25,954 bases of DNA from positions 1-25,954 of the forward strand of contig JBHLMP010000048.1 in assembly GCA_048938025.1 (NCBI GenBank). Reading direction: 5' to 3'. Of this stretch, positions 16,613 through 25,799 are shown in pieces. The stretch comes from Promethearchaeota archaeon. GTDB taxonomy: Archaea > Asgardarchaeota > Lokiarchaeia > Sigyniarchaeales > SOKP01. Both the position numbers and the translations under genes were made by a program. Under the pieces are notes generated by a model. It was not told the origin of the DNA, ran no database searches, and was given only the letters and a program-made list of their open reading frames with translations. Each line of letters begins with the position of its first letter. Position 1 is the first letter of the stretch.

Positions 16613-16633
16613 AATTACTTTACCTTATTTATG

Positions 16634-17815
16634 TTAGTTTATGGCTTTATCAATCCTTTCTAATGCGTCTTTAATTCTTTCTATAGGTTGAGTTAAAGCA
16701 AATCTTACAGATCCTTCTCCATATTGACCAAAACCAATCCCTGGAGTTATAATTACCCCTACATTAATCAATTTTTTAACAAAATCCATACTATTGGTTT
16801 CTCCCTCAGGAATTTGAGTCCATACATAAAAAGTTGCTTTTGGCTTATCTGTTTCCCAACCAATCTTATTTAATCCTTCAACCAGTACATCACGTCTTTT
16901 TTCATAAATTTTCATGTTTTTATCCACGATTTCTGGTTTTTTTTCTGATTTATATTTATTTAATCCTTTTATTACCGCTTTTTGTATAAAAATTGGACAC
17001 CCTGAATCAATCTGAGATTTTACTTTTCTTAATCCTTCAATAATTTCCTGATTGCCCACTGCCCATCCACATCTAAATCCTGTCATATTAAATATTTTTG
17101 AAGCACTATTAATTTCAATATGATCAGGATTAATTTGCAATAGAGTAGGGGCAATATAATCACCAAAAGTGAATTCGGAATAAGGATTATCGTATATAAT
17201 AATAAAATTGTAATCTTCAGCATAATCTACAGCTTTTTTCAGAAATTCTATAGGTGCTATGGCTCCAGTTGGATTATTGGGATAATTTAAATACATCATT
17301 TTTGCTTTTTTTAGAATTTTAGTCTCTATTGTTTCTAAATTTGGGAGAAACTTATTCTCTTTTGTTAATGGCATTAAAAAAGGTTCTCCGTCACATAGTT
17401 TTGTTGCTCCATTTGCATAAACAGGATACCCTGGATTAGGACATAGCACAATATCTCCTGGATTGACAAATGCTCTTGCAATATTAGCAACTCCTTCTTT
17501 TCCTCCTAATACATTAGTAACCTCTCTATCAGCATTAAAATCCAGCCCAAATCTTACCCTATACCATCTGGCAATCCCTTTTCTGAAGATATCTTCTCCC
17601 ATGCTGGCAGGATAATTTTGATTTTCAGGAACTTTTACCTGATTTATCAGCTCATTTATAATTAATTCCGGAGTTGTCAGATCGGGATCTCCTATTCCCA
17701 ATGAAATGAAATCTATTCCTTCTTTCTTTTTCTTAGCCTTTAATTCTTCAATTGCCACGAAAATATATTGTGGTAATCGTTTTACTCTTTCAGCATACTC
17801 TATTTTCATTTTCAC
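16634..17815 (-). CDS. dapL: Class I/II PLP-dependent aminotransferase, LL-diaminopimelate aminotransferase (DapL)-like
   Basis: RVKRLPQYIF...ISLGIGDPD, PNPGYPVY, YLNYPNNPTG, DNPYSE, PLP-lysine motif SASKIFNMTGFRCG, PGIGFGQYGEG. The same subfamily includes MtnE/AlaC, so specificity is uncertain. ATG 17809 is an alternative start. Confidence 0.75.
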   Translation of the reverse strand: MKMKIEYAERVKRLPQYIFVAIEELKAKKKKEGIDFISLGIGDPDLTTPELIINELINQVKVPENQNYPASMGEDIFRKGIARWYRVRFGLDFNADREVTNVLGGKEGVANIARAFVNPGDIVLCPNPGYPVYANGATKLCDGEPFLMPLTKENKFLPNLETIETKILKKAKMMYLNYPNNPTGAIAPIEFLKKAVDYAEDYNFIIIYDNPYSEFTFGDYIAPTLLQINPDHIEINSASKIFNMTGFRCGWAVGNQEIIEGLRKVKSQIDSGCPIFIQKAVIKGLNKYKSEKKPEIVDKNMKIYEKRRDVLVEGLNKIGWETDKPKATFYVWTQIPEGETNSMDFVKKLINVGVIITPGIGFGQYGEGSVRFALTQPIERIKDALERIDKAIN

Positions 17816-17918
17816 ATCACTCTACCATTAAAATAAGATGTTAGAAAAGAAATAAAATTAATTTCTTTAAAGATTAATAAAAATTTTTCTTATTTTTCGT
17901 TTAATTATCTTCAATCTT

Positions 17919-18959
17919 TCAATCCATTTTGGTTCTCCACTCATGACCACACATGCCGCAAATATACTTGAAACCATAAATATTGGGATTTTCCATAATA
18001 ATATTTTCTCGATCTATTACTTCACGTATTTTGTTTCGATCATTATTAAAGCATTTTGGACATTGCCTTCGTAATCCTTTTCTAATTTCCTCTAGTATAA
18101 TTTTAATTTTTGATGGAGCTGGTTTGGATACTTCTTGAATCTCAATAGGTTTAGTAATAGCTTCTTCTTGAAATTCTGACATTTTAAAATATTTAAAGAA
18201 AAGTTCAGATAATAATTGATCAACAGTTTCCCCTACTTTAGCTTGTTCTGTTAAAGCAGCCTCAATTTCCTTTAATACACTAATATCTTGATAATCTAGA
18301 AAATGGACTTCTCCTAACTGGAGATCTGAATAATTAGTTTTTGATTTCAGTTTTGTAAGTATAATGTGAGTAAAATCTCTAACAAGATAGGTTAAATTCA
18401 TTTTCATTTCTTTTAAATTCTCAAGTTTAAATTCTCCCCCATGTTGAGCAACCCACTTTTTCACATCTGCCAAATTTTTTAACATTTCTTCGTTTGTTTT
18501 CAATTCAGCTATTTTTTCCCTATCTTCAATAACTCCATAAACGATGAATGGAGCTTCATTCTCCATGTGTGTTTTTTCAATGAATGTATCCATAATATCA
18601 GCAAGGTGTATAAAATTATCACCTATATCCTCATCAATTTTAATGAAAAATACACCCCCACTCACACCTATAAATAACCCTTTTTCCATCATTAAATCTT
18701 GCGCATCTTCTTCTTTCCAAGCAAATGAAGTTTTCCATTTAATTATATCGAAATTTCTTTCTCTATAAATTAATGAGAAATTCCAAACATAACTCTCTTT
18801 AGCGAGATGATGTATTACTCCCTCTGGGAATAATGATTCTTGATCTACTTTTTGAGAAGGGATTTGATAATTAATTGAATGTCCTAATTTCTTAAGATCT
18901 TGAGAAATTAAACCTGGAGGAGCATCTCCAATAACAATTTGATATTCAATATATCGCAT
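17919..18959 (-). CDS. Hypothetical protein: degenerate Ras/Rab-like GTPase fold (N-terminal ~205 aa, inferred) plus C-terminal Cys4 Zn ribbon
   Basis: 346-aa ORF with GGTGA SD; CPKC...CGMCGHEWR at the C-terminus; the N-terminal pattern parallels small GTPases (see findings). Confidence refers to the CDS and Zn ribbon. Confidence 0.85.
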   Translation of the reverse strand: MRYIEYQIVIGDAPPGLISQDLKKLGHSINYQIPSQKVDQESLFPEGVIHHLAKESYVWNFSLIYRERNFDIIKWKTSFAWKEEDAQDLMMEKGLFIGVSGGVFFIKIDEDIGDNFIHLADIMDTFIEKTHMENEAPFIVYGVIEDREKIAELKTNEEMLKNLADVKKWVAQHGGEFKLENLKEMKMNLTYLVRDFTHIILTKLKSKTNYSDLQLGEVHFLDYQDISVLKEIEAALTEQAKVGETVDQLLSELFFKYFKMSEFQEEAITKPIEIQEVSKPAPSKIKIILEEIRKGLRRQCPKCFNNDRNKIREVIDRENIIMENPNIYGFKYICGMCGHEWRTKMD

Positions 18960-19107
18960 CTTATTTCACCAATATTTTAATAAATAATTGAGACTTAATT
19001 ATCTTCTCCAATAAGATTAATATTAGTCTTGATGATTTTTATTTTTATTTTTGGAGAAATGAAAAAATTAGAAAAAAATTAGTGTTAATTTAGCTATGAT
19101 GTAGAAA

Positions 19108-20409
19108 TTAATCCCTAGTTTTATCACTTAACTCATATTCTTTAGGATTCATTGTTAGAAAAGGAATAAGTCCAATATTTGAAATAATTGCCATAAAAAT
19201 AAAGATTATTGCATAAATAGTATAGGTATCTAATCCCTCTAAAGCACCAAATAAAATCCCTGTTATCTGTAATCCTAGAACTGTACCAATATTAGTAAAT
19301 GAATTACATGTTGCATAATAAGTACTATCAACTTCTGGATACAATGTTGATATTTGCCCTACTACTGCAGAATAGGATGAATTCCTCCAGCCTGCAGAAG
19401 AACCAATAAGAAATGCAAAAAATATCAGAATCGGAACGAATGTTGGTATCAAAAACAATAATAGTGCCGCTGTTGTGACTAAAAGCGATGTATAAACCCC
19501 CAGTTTCCTTGTTTTTAAATCTGCTATATAACCTCCTATTACTGCACCTATTATTACACCTAATCCTATGAATAATGATATAAATGCATTTGGTTCATAT
19601 AAATCGATATTACTCCCTAATACTTCGATTGTAGCTCCTTCAGCATCAAGTAAAGGTGTTTGTATAATAATATAAAGAGACAAAAAAACAAAAATGACGC
19701 CATCTACAAATGAATTGAATAATGCAAACATGTAAACTTTCCAATTTTTCCCTGATCCAAAGATTAACTTTAAATGATTTTTAATACTAAAATCAACATG
19801 AGCAACTACTTCTTTAACGATAAGAATAGTTAGGGTTGATAAGATCATTACAATTCCTAATCCTATGAACACCGATTCAATCTTTCCTTGTGCAAGCAAA
19901 TAGAAAGCCACAATTAATGGTCCTCCTATAATTATTCCAACTGACCTGACACCCCAACAGGTACCTTGAACACGCCCTAACTTTTCTTTTGGAGTTATAT
20001 CAAGTATTAATCCATCTATAGCAGTATCTGCGATAGCTACACCAAGAACAATTATTACACCCCCCAGTAAAAATATCATATATGCTGTACTCTTTGTAAT
20101 AATAAAAGGTATTAAGATCCAGATTAAACCAGAAATAATGACCGGAAAAATTATCCAGGGTTTCCGTCTCCCAAAATTTTTAAGCGCATATTTATCGCTT
20201 GCCATACCATATATAAACTTTATAGCAAATGGCATTAATACAGTTGATGTTAAGAAGGCTATGTCTTCTCCAGAAACTGCACCTAGTTCCAAGATCAAAT
20301 AAATAGGTACAATAACTGCAAACATCGATTGATTAATTCCTTGTATAAAGTAATTAAAGGAAAATATTCCTATATAAGAGCTTTTAAATTCTGTTTTATT
20401 TTTTTCCAT
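19108..20409 (-). CDS. MFS transporter (AmpG/SLC33-BT1-like)
   Basis: About 12 TM segments; PFAIKFIYGMASDK...GRRKPWI and DTAIDGL motifs in the N-half, GGYIADLKTRK in the C-half. Confidence 0.88.
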   Translation of the reverse strand: MEKNKTEFKSSYIGIFSFNYFIQGINQSMFAVIVPIYLILELGAVSGEDIAFLTSTVLMPFAIKFIYGMASDKYALKNFGRRKPWIIFPVIISGLIWILIPFIITKSTAYMIFLLGGVIIVLGVAIADTAIDGLILDITPKEKLGRVQGTCWGVRSVGIIIGGPLIVAFYLLAQGKIESVFIGLGIVMILSTLTILIVKEVVAHVDFSIKNHLKLIFGSGKNWKVYMFALFNSFVDGVIFVFLSLYIIIQTPLLDAEGATIEVLGSNIDLYEPNAFISLFIGLGVIIGAVIGGYIADLKTRKLGVYTSLLVTTAALLLFLIPTFVPILIFFAFLIGSSAGWRNSSYSAVVGQISTLYPEVDSTYYATCNSFTNIGTVLGLQITGILFGALEGLDTYTIYAIIFIFMAIISNIGLIPFLTMNPKEYELSDKTRD

Positions 20410-20658
20410 AATTAATCAATATTATTCATTAATAATATTTTAAATTTGAATCTTAAAAGGTAATATAATTTTTATAGTTAGACATTTATAAAACTAACAC
20501 ATCTATCCTTTGAAAAAATATAAATCTTGATATCTAAAATTGAAAACTAATAACCTAAAACCTTATAATTAAAATTTTTATTTTGAATATATATATTATA
20601 GTTCTGAAATTGGATCTAAATAATTATTAATTTTTAAAAATTAGAATTCTGATTTGAT

Positions 20659-21087
20659 ATGGGACGCCGTACGCGCATGAGATTCGTCAAGAGGACTCCA
20701 AATAACATTTATTTCACTGGAGTTAGTGAATCAAGCTCAACCATCGATCAATTTGTCATTTTAACTGTTGCAGAATTTGAAGCTATGCGTTTAAAACATT
20801 ATATAAATCTAAATCAAAAAGACGCCGCTGAAAAAATGGGAGTATCTCAGCCTACATTTTCTAGAATTTTAGAAAATGCCCATCAAAAAGCAACTCAAGC
20901 ACTCATCGAAGGAAAACAAATAAGAGTTTATGGAGGTAATATCGATTATAAACAGGGATTTATTGGTTATGGGTGTTTAAATTGCGATGCGGAATGGGAA
21001 GATGAAGGTGCTTCTAAAGATAAGAAAGTTAATTGTCCAAAGTGTGAATCTGATAAAATTTATTATTTAGTAAGAGAACCGTTATAA
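20659..21087 (+). CDS. DUF134-family HTH DNA-binding protein with C-terminal Zn ribbon
   Basis: MGRR-R-R start, LTVAEFEAMRL...LNQKDAAEKMGVSQPTFSRILENAHQK...ALIEGK-I---GG, then CLNC...W...CPKC. Confidence 0.88.
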   Translation: MGRRTRMRFVKRTPNNIYFTGVSESSSTIDQFVILTVAEFEAMRLKHYINLNQKDAAEKMGVSQPTFSRILENAHQKATQALIEGKQIRVYGGNIDYKQGFIGYGCLNCDAEWEDEGASKDKKVNCPKCESDKIYYLVREPL

Positions 21088-21098
21088 ATTGAGGAGTA

Positions 21099-21272
21099 TT
21101 AAATAGGATAATCTTTCCGAATTTGAAGTTCATGCTTATAAGATTCAATCTGATTTTTAATATAATCATAAGCTTTAGGATCAATTCGATGACCATATTT
21201 TTTTAGATGATCTTTTAAAATTTCTATTGAAAGTTCTAATTTACTTATTCTTTCTTCTATTTCTCTCATCAT
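21099..21272 (-). CDS. Small helical-hairpin hypothetical protein (57 aa), absent from ORF track
   Basis: ATG at 21272 after GAGGG; MMREIEERISKLELSIEILKDHLKKYGHRIDPKAYDYIKNQIESYKHELQIRKDYPI*; heptad pattern; fills the gap and converges 11 nt from the DUF134 stop. Confidence 0.7.
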   Translation of the reverse strand: MMREIEERISKLELSIEILKDHLKKYGHRIDPKAYDYIKNQIESYKHELQIRKDYPI

Positions 21273-21496
21273 AATTCTTTTCCCTCAAATAAAAAATTAT
21301 ATGATTTAGTAGATTCTTATTTTTTTCTAACATAAAAATCAGAGGGGGTAGAAGATTTCATGGATTTTCTTGTCTTAACATCATCGTAAAGGACACATTT
21401 TTGTCATATTTTACTCTCGAAATATAATTAAGTTATAAAATTTTTTATCTATTAAACATTTTAATCAGATTTTCTTTAAGCAGGGTAAAGATAAAG

Positions 21497-22600
21497 TTGA
21501 CTGACAAATTTTGGTATAAAGTAGCAAGAACTATTGTTAAAGCTGGGAGCTTTCCTTTTCCAATTAGTGACACTTTAATAGAATTATTAAAGAACTTAAT
21601 GAATGAAGAACAAGCAAGATTCCTCTTAATTTTTAAAAAACCATCTTTAACACTTGAGGAAATTAGAAAAAAGGTAGAGCAGGATGAAAATTCAATTATT
21701 AAAATTTTGGATGAATTGATGTATACAGGAATTATCATTGGCGCAATGAGTAATAGTGCTGAAGTTATGATATATCGCTTGATGCCGATATGGCCAGGAA
21801 TTTTTGAATATCAATTTCTACGCGGAACTAAAACTGAAAAAGATAAAAAAGTAGCTCGATTATTTGAGAATTTATTTCAAGAAATGACCATTGGAGCTCA
21901 GAAAAATTATGAAAGTATTCTAAATATGTTTAAAGATGCTCCAGCAACGGACAGAACTATTCCTGTTGAGAAGGAGGTAGAAGTAGGAACTGAATCGACT
22001 CTACCCTATGAGGATATAAAAAAATATATAGAAAATTATGATGATATTGCTTTAGCAAATTGCTATTGTCGTCATAAAAATGAACTTCTTAATGACCCAT
22101 GTAAAATTAAGGCTCCTATAAAGAATTGTTTTCTTTTTGACAAGAGTGCCACATTTGCTATAGAACAAGAGTTTGGAGAGCGAGTTACAAAAGAAGATGC
22201 CCTAAAGATTTTTCGAGAAGCAGAGGATCATGGTTTAGTGCATAAAGTATTCCATGTTCACTCAGATCCTAATAGAGGGATTGAAGCAATATGTAATTGC
22301 TGTTCCTGCTGCTGCGGAATGTTTCAGATGTATTATCGAGGAGTATTGCCTTTACATACTATAAGTTCTTACTTTGCAAAAGTTGATGAGGATGTATGTA
22401 TAGGTTGTGGAACTTGTGTTGAGAAATGCCCAATGGAGACTATCAATTTAGAAAATTCAATAGCTAAGGTAAATAATGAAAAATGCATAGGATGTGGGGT
22501 CTGTGCTCACCATTGTCCTGAAGGAGCTATACATCTGGAACGAATTGGTCCTAGGCATGTATTTGTTCCACCAAAAAAAATAAAGATAATTTTATCCTAA
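21497..22600 (+). CDS. 4Fe-4S dicluster (ferredoxin) domain protein with N-terminal wHTH-like region and Cys-rich middle domain
   Basis: CIGCGTCVEKCP and CIGCGVCAHHCP; additional CYCR...C...C and GLVH...ICNCCSCCC motifs. TTG start. Confidence 0.9.
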   Translation: MTDKFWYKVARTIVKAGSFPFPISDTLIELLKNLMNEEQARFLLIFKKPSLTLEEIRKKVEQDENSIIKILDELMYTGIIIGAMSNSAEVMIYRLMPIWPGIFEYQFLRGTKTEKDKKVARLFENLFQEMTIGAQKNYESILNMFKDAPATDRTIPVEKEVEVGTESTLPYEDIKKYIENYDDIALANCYCRHKNELLNDPCKIKAPIKNCFLFDKSATFAIEQEFGERVTKEDALKIFREAEDHGLVHKVFHVHSDPNRGIEAICNCCSCCCGMFQMYYRGVLPLHTISSYFAKVDEDVCIGCGTCVEKCPMETINLENSIAKVNNEKCIGCGVCAHHCPEGAIHLERIGPRHVFVPPKKIKIILS

Positions 22601-22631
22601 AAAGATTAGAAAAAGATAAATTTTGAAAAAA

Positions 22632-24647
22632 CTAAATCCTATTAGCCACTTTATAGGCTGTTTCTATTGCTTCTAAGACGGTTTGAGGTTTTTTTGCATC
22701 ACCGATTTTATGCACCTCTATATTTCCTACATTCTTTATTTCTTTGAAAAGGCTATTGTTTGGGGTAACTCCTGTAGCGTAATATACCATATCTACATCA
22801 TTTATAACTTGATCCTTTCCTGCTGCATCAGCATAACTAACATAATTATCTCCTATTTCAGTTACCGTCACGCTTGTAAGAAATTTTACTCCTAAAGCGT
22901 CACATTTATCAAGGAGAACCCATTTAGTTGTCTTTCCTAGAGCTGATCCTAGTTTAGGTAATTGTTCTAAGACAGTTACTTTATTTCTAGCTCCGTGCAG
23001 CATTTTTAATGCAATTTCGGGTTCTAAAGCTTTATAAAGAGTAAGAAATTCAAACGCCTCAAGACTTAATGAACCATACTTTGCTATATACATTGCTAAC
23101 TCAACACCAGTAGCCCCTCCTCCAATTATTACATTATTTTTACCGATTGGCGCATCTCCACTAAAAACATCATTAGCCCAGAACACATTATCTCTATCAA
23201 TTCCGGGAATTGGAGGTTTTAAGGGAGTTGATCCAGTTGCTACAATAACAATATCTGGATTAAATTCCTTTACAACATCAAGAGTTACTTCTGTATCTAA
23301 ATGCAAAGTAATTCCATGTTTTTGAATCCAATATGTATAATTTTTAATGATTCTTCTAAATTCATTTCTTCCTGGTGCTCTCCAGACTAAATTTATTAAT
23401 CCTCCAATTTTATCGTCATTTTCAAATAAATGAACCTCATGACCTCTTATTCGAGCAACTCTTGCAGCTTCTAGACCTCCAGGTCCAGACCCAATCACCA
23501 TTACCTTCATTTTCTGCTCAATGGGGTTCAATTCAGTTTTAGCTTCATTTGCAGCTCTGGCATTTCTTAAACAAGAAATTGGTTTCAAATGAAAGATTGC
23601 GTCAAAACATCCTTGATTACAGCCAACACAGTTCATAATGTCTCGTATTTCACCTTTCTTTGCTTTCGTAGGCAAATAAGGATCCGCCACTAATGCTCTC
23701 CCCATACAAATAGCGTCAGCTTTACCAGCCATTAAAATCTGTTCTGCTAAAACTGGATCATTAATTCTATTTGATGAAAATACAGGAATTGATACATTAT
23801 TTCTAATATTTTCTGCTAGATAAGTATAACATCCTTCTGGAACATCCATCGTTGTTTGTGGAGTTTTTGTCTCATGCCAACCTCCAGTAACATTGAAATA
23901 ATCCAAATAATTACCTAATTTTTCTGCTATTATCGCTTTCTCTTTATAAGTATTACTTTCTGGAACAAAATCATCCCCTGAAATACGATAACCTATAACA
24001 AAATTATCACCTACACTTGATCTCATTAACTCAAGAGTTTCAATCGGGAATCTTAGACGATTTTCAAGACTACCCCCATATTTATCAGTTCGTTTATTTG
24101 TTTTTGGAGATGTAAATTGTGTAAATAAGTATCCAGCATTCGCACAAATTTCAGTAGCATCAAATCCTGCTTTTCTAGCACGTACAGCAGCATCTGCAAA
24201 TGCTTGTTGTTCGCTCTTGATATCTTCAAAAGTCATTTCTCGAGGAGTAGTCTTACTAAAGTTACTAAATACAGCAGAAGGAGCAATGGGAGTTCTACCA
24301 ATTATTTGAGGCATTGAATATGCTCCACCATGGTATAATTGGCAACATACTTTAACATCATCCCGTGCTTTATGTATAGCCTTTGTAAATTCTGTTAATT
24401 TTGGGATATACTTATCATTGTCAACAGCGATCATCATCGGTAAACCCTTTCCATAAATAGATACATAACATCCACCAACTATTAACATACCTGCACCACC
24501 CTTAGCCCTTTCAACATAAAAGTCTACTAATTTATTGGTAATAAAACCATCACTAGCAAGATTAAGGTTTAGAGCCGGCATGATAATACGGTTCGACACA
24601 TCCATATTTCTTATCTTAAAAGGAGTAAACAGTTTAAAGAACTTCAA
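22632..24647 (-). CDS. fadH: 2,4-dienoyl-CoA reductase (NADPH), FadH/old-yellow-enzyme family (FMN, 4Fe-4S, FAD)
   Basis: FYVERAKGGAG, AGYL (catalytic Tyr), GWHE (catalytic His), NRINDP, CVGCNQGC-x11-C cluster motif, GSGPGG and GGGATG dinucleotide-binding loops; 671 aa, FadH-sized. Confidence 0.85.
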   Translation of the reverse strand: MKFFKLFTPFKIRNMDVSNRIIMPALNLNLASDGFITNKLVDFYVERAKGGAGMLIVGGCYVSIYGKGLPMMIAVDNDKYIPKLTEFTKAIHKARDDVKVCCQLYHGGAYSMPQIIGRTPIAPSAVFSNFSKTTPREMTFEDIKSEQQAFADAAVRARKAGFDATEICANAGYLFTQFTSPKTNKRTDKYGGSLENRLRFPIETLELMRSSVGDNFVIGYRISGDDFVPESNTYKEKAIIAEKLGNYLDYFNVTGGWHETKTPQTTMDVPEGCYTYLAENIRNNVSIPVFSSNRINDPVLAEQILMAGKADAICMGRALVADPYLPTKAKKGEIRDIMNCVGCNQGCFDAIFHLKPISCLRNARAANEAKTELNPIEQKMKVMVIGSGPGGLEAARVARIRGHEVHLFENDDKIGGLINLVWRAPGRNEFRRIIKNYTYWIQKHGITLHLDTEVTLDVVKEFNPDIVIVATGSTPLKPPIPGIDRDNVFWANDVFSGDAPIGKNNVIIGGGATGVELAMYIAKYGSLSLEAFEFLTLYKALEPEIALKMLHGARNKVTVLEQLPKLGSALGKTTKWVLLDKCDALGVKFLTSVTVTEIGDNYVSYADAAGKDQVINDVDMVYYATGVTPNNSLFKEIKNVGNIEVHKIGDAKKPQTVLEAIETAYKVANRI

Positions 24648-24882
24648 TTTTAATACTCAATTTTATATAATTATTTAATAAGAATAACACTGTAATTTAT
24701 TAAAATTTAATTAGATTAAAACAAAAAGTTGTCATATTTTCTACGTTTTAGTAAAGAGGACAACTAATCAATGGATTAAACGATTTTTTTCATCTATTTT
24801 CCATTAAAATTGGAAAAGAAATAATTTTTTTATCAAATTAAAATTATAATACTCAAAAATTAAATTTAAAAAATGAGGAAAA

Positions 24883-25707
24883 ATGAGTGAAAACGTTATT
24901 TTAATAGAAGAAAATGAAGATAATACCATCACAACAATTAAAATGAATCGTCTTGATAAAAAAAATGCGATGAATTATGATTTAATGGCGGGACTTCTAA
25001 AAGCTATCGATAAAGTGGAACGTACTAATACTAGAGTTATTATTATTACAGGAGGAGATGATTTCTTTAGCTCAGGGATAGATTTAAATTTTCTTACTGG
25101 TCAAGAGAAGGACCCTGAAGGTAATATCCCTGATTTACGGATTCCACGGAATTTCAGATATTTCGCAAATACTTGGATCCATCCAATCTTCACGAAAATT
25201 GAAAAGATGGAGAAGCCAGTAATAGCTAAAATAAATGGATATTGTTATGGAATGGCTTTTGAACTCGCTTTAGCATGCGACTTTCGATTCTGTACAGAAA
25301 CTGCTGATTTCCATATGTTGGAATCGAAGATAGGTATGAACCCAGACGTAGGAGGCACGATTAGGTTAACAAGACTTGTGGGTATTCAAAATACAAAAGA
25401 TATCATTTTGACAGGGCGTAAATTTGATGGAGATGAGGCTTATAGATTGGGAGTGGTAAATCGTGTTGTTAAAACCCATAATGAGTTGGATTCTATAATT
25501 AAAATGTATACTGACGAACTTATGACGAGTGGACCTTTAGCTGTTGGACTTGCTAAAAAACTGATTGATGATTGTTATGGCAAAGATACTGCTTTTGGAT
25601 TGGAACTTGAAACATTAGTAAGCTCTCAATTACTACAAACTAAAGACGCTGTTTCTGGCGCTCTAGCTCGTTTAACTAAAACCAAACCAAAATGGAAATG
25701 GAAATAA
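24883..25707 (+). CDS. Enoyl-CoA hydratase/isomerase (crotonase superfamily)
   Basis: NRLDKKNAM, FSSGIDL (oxyanion hole), KPVIAKINGYCYGMAFELALACDFR, ESKIGMNPDVGGT. Confidence 0.93.
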   Translation: MSENVILIEENEDNTITTIKMNRLDKKNAMNYDLMAGLLKAIDKVERTNTRVIIITGGDDFFSSGIDLNFLTGQEKDPEGNIPDLRIPRNFRYFANTWIHPIFTKIEKMEKPVIAKINGYCYGMAFELALACDFRFCTETADFHMLESKIGMNPDVGGTIRLTRLVGIQNTKDIILTGRKFDGDEAYRLGVVNRVVKTHNELDSIIKMYTDELMTSGPLAVGLAKKLIDDCYGKDTAFGLELETLVSSQLLQTKDAVSGALARLTKTKPKWKWK

Positions 25708-25710
25708 AAG

Positions 25711-25731
25711 TTTTTTTCTTTTTATTTTTTT
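25711..25731 (+). terminator. T-rich putative terminator after the crotonase gene
   Basis: TTTTTTTCTTTTTATTTTTTT directly after the stop codon. Confidence 0.5.
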
Positions 25732-25799
25732 AAGAAAATCATAATAAAACTAAATAAGTTAATTGAGCTACGTTATAAGTAAGTTCAATAAAAAGAAAG

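Noticed and set aside
18544-22895. ORF-track entries 18544..18768(+), 21445..21738(-), 22683..22895(+)
   Set aside because: Antisense shadows of the 346-aa gene, the 4Fe-4S gene and fadH.
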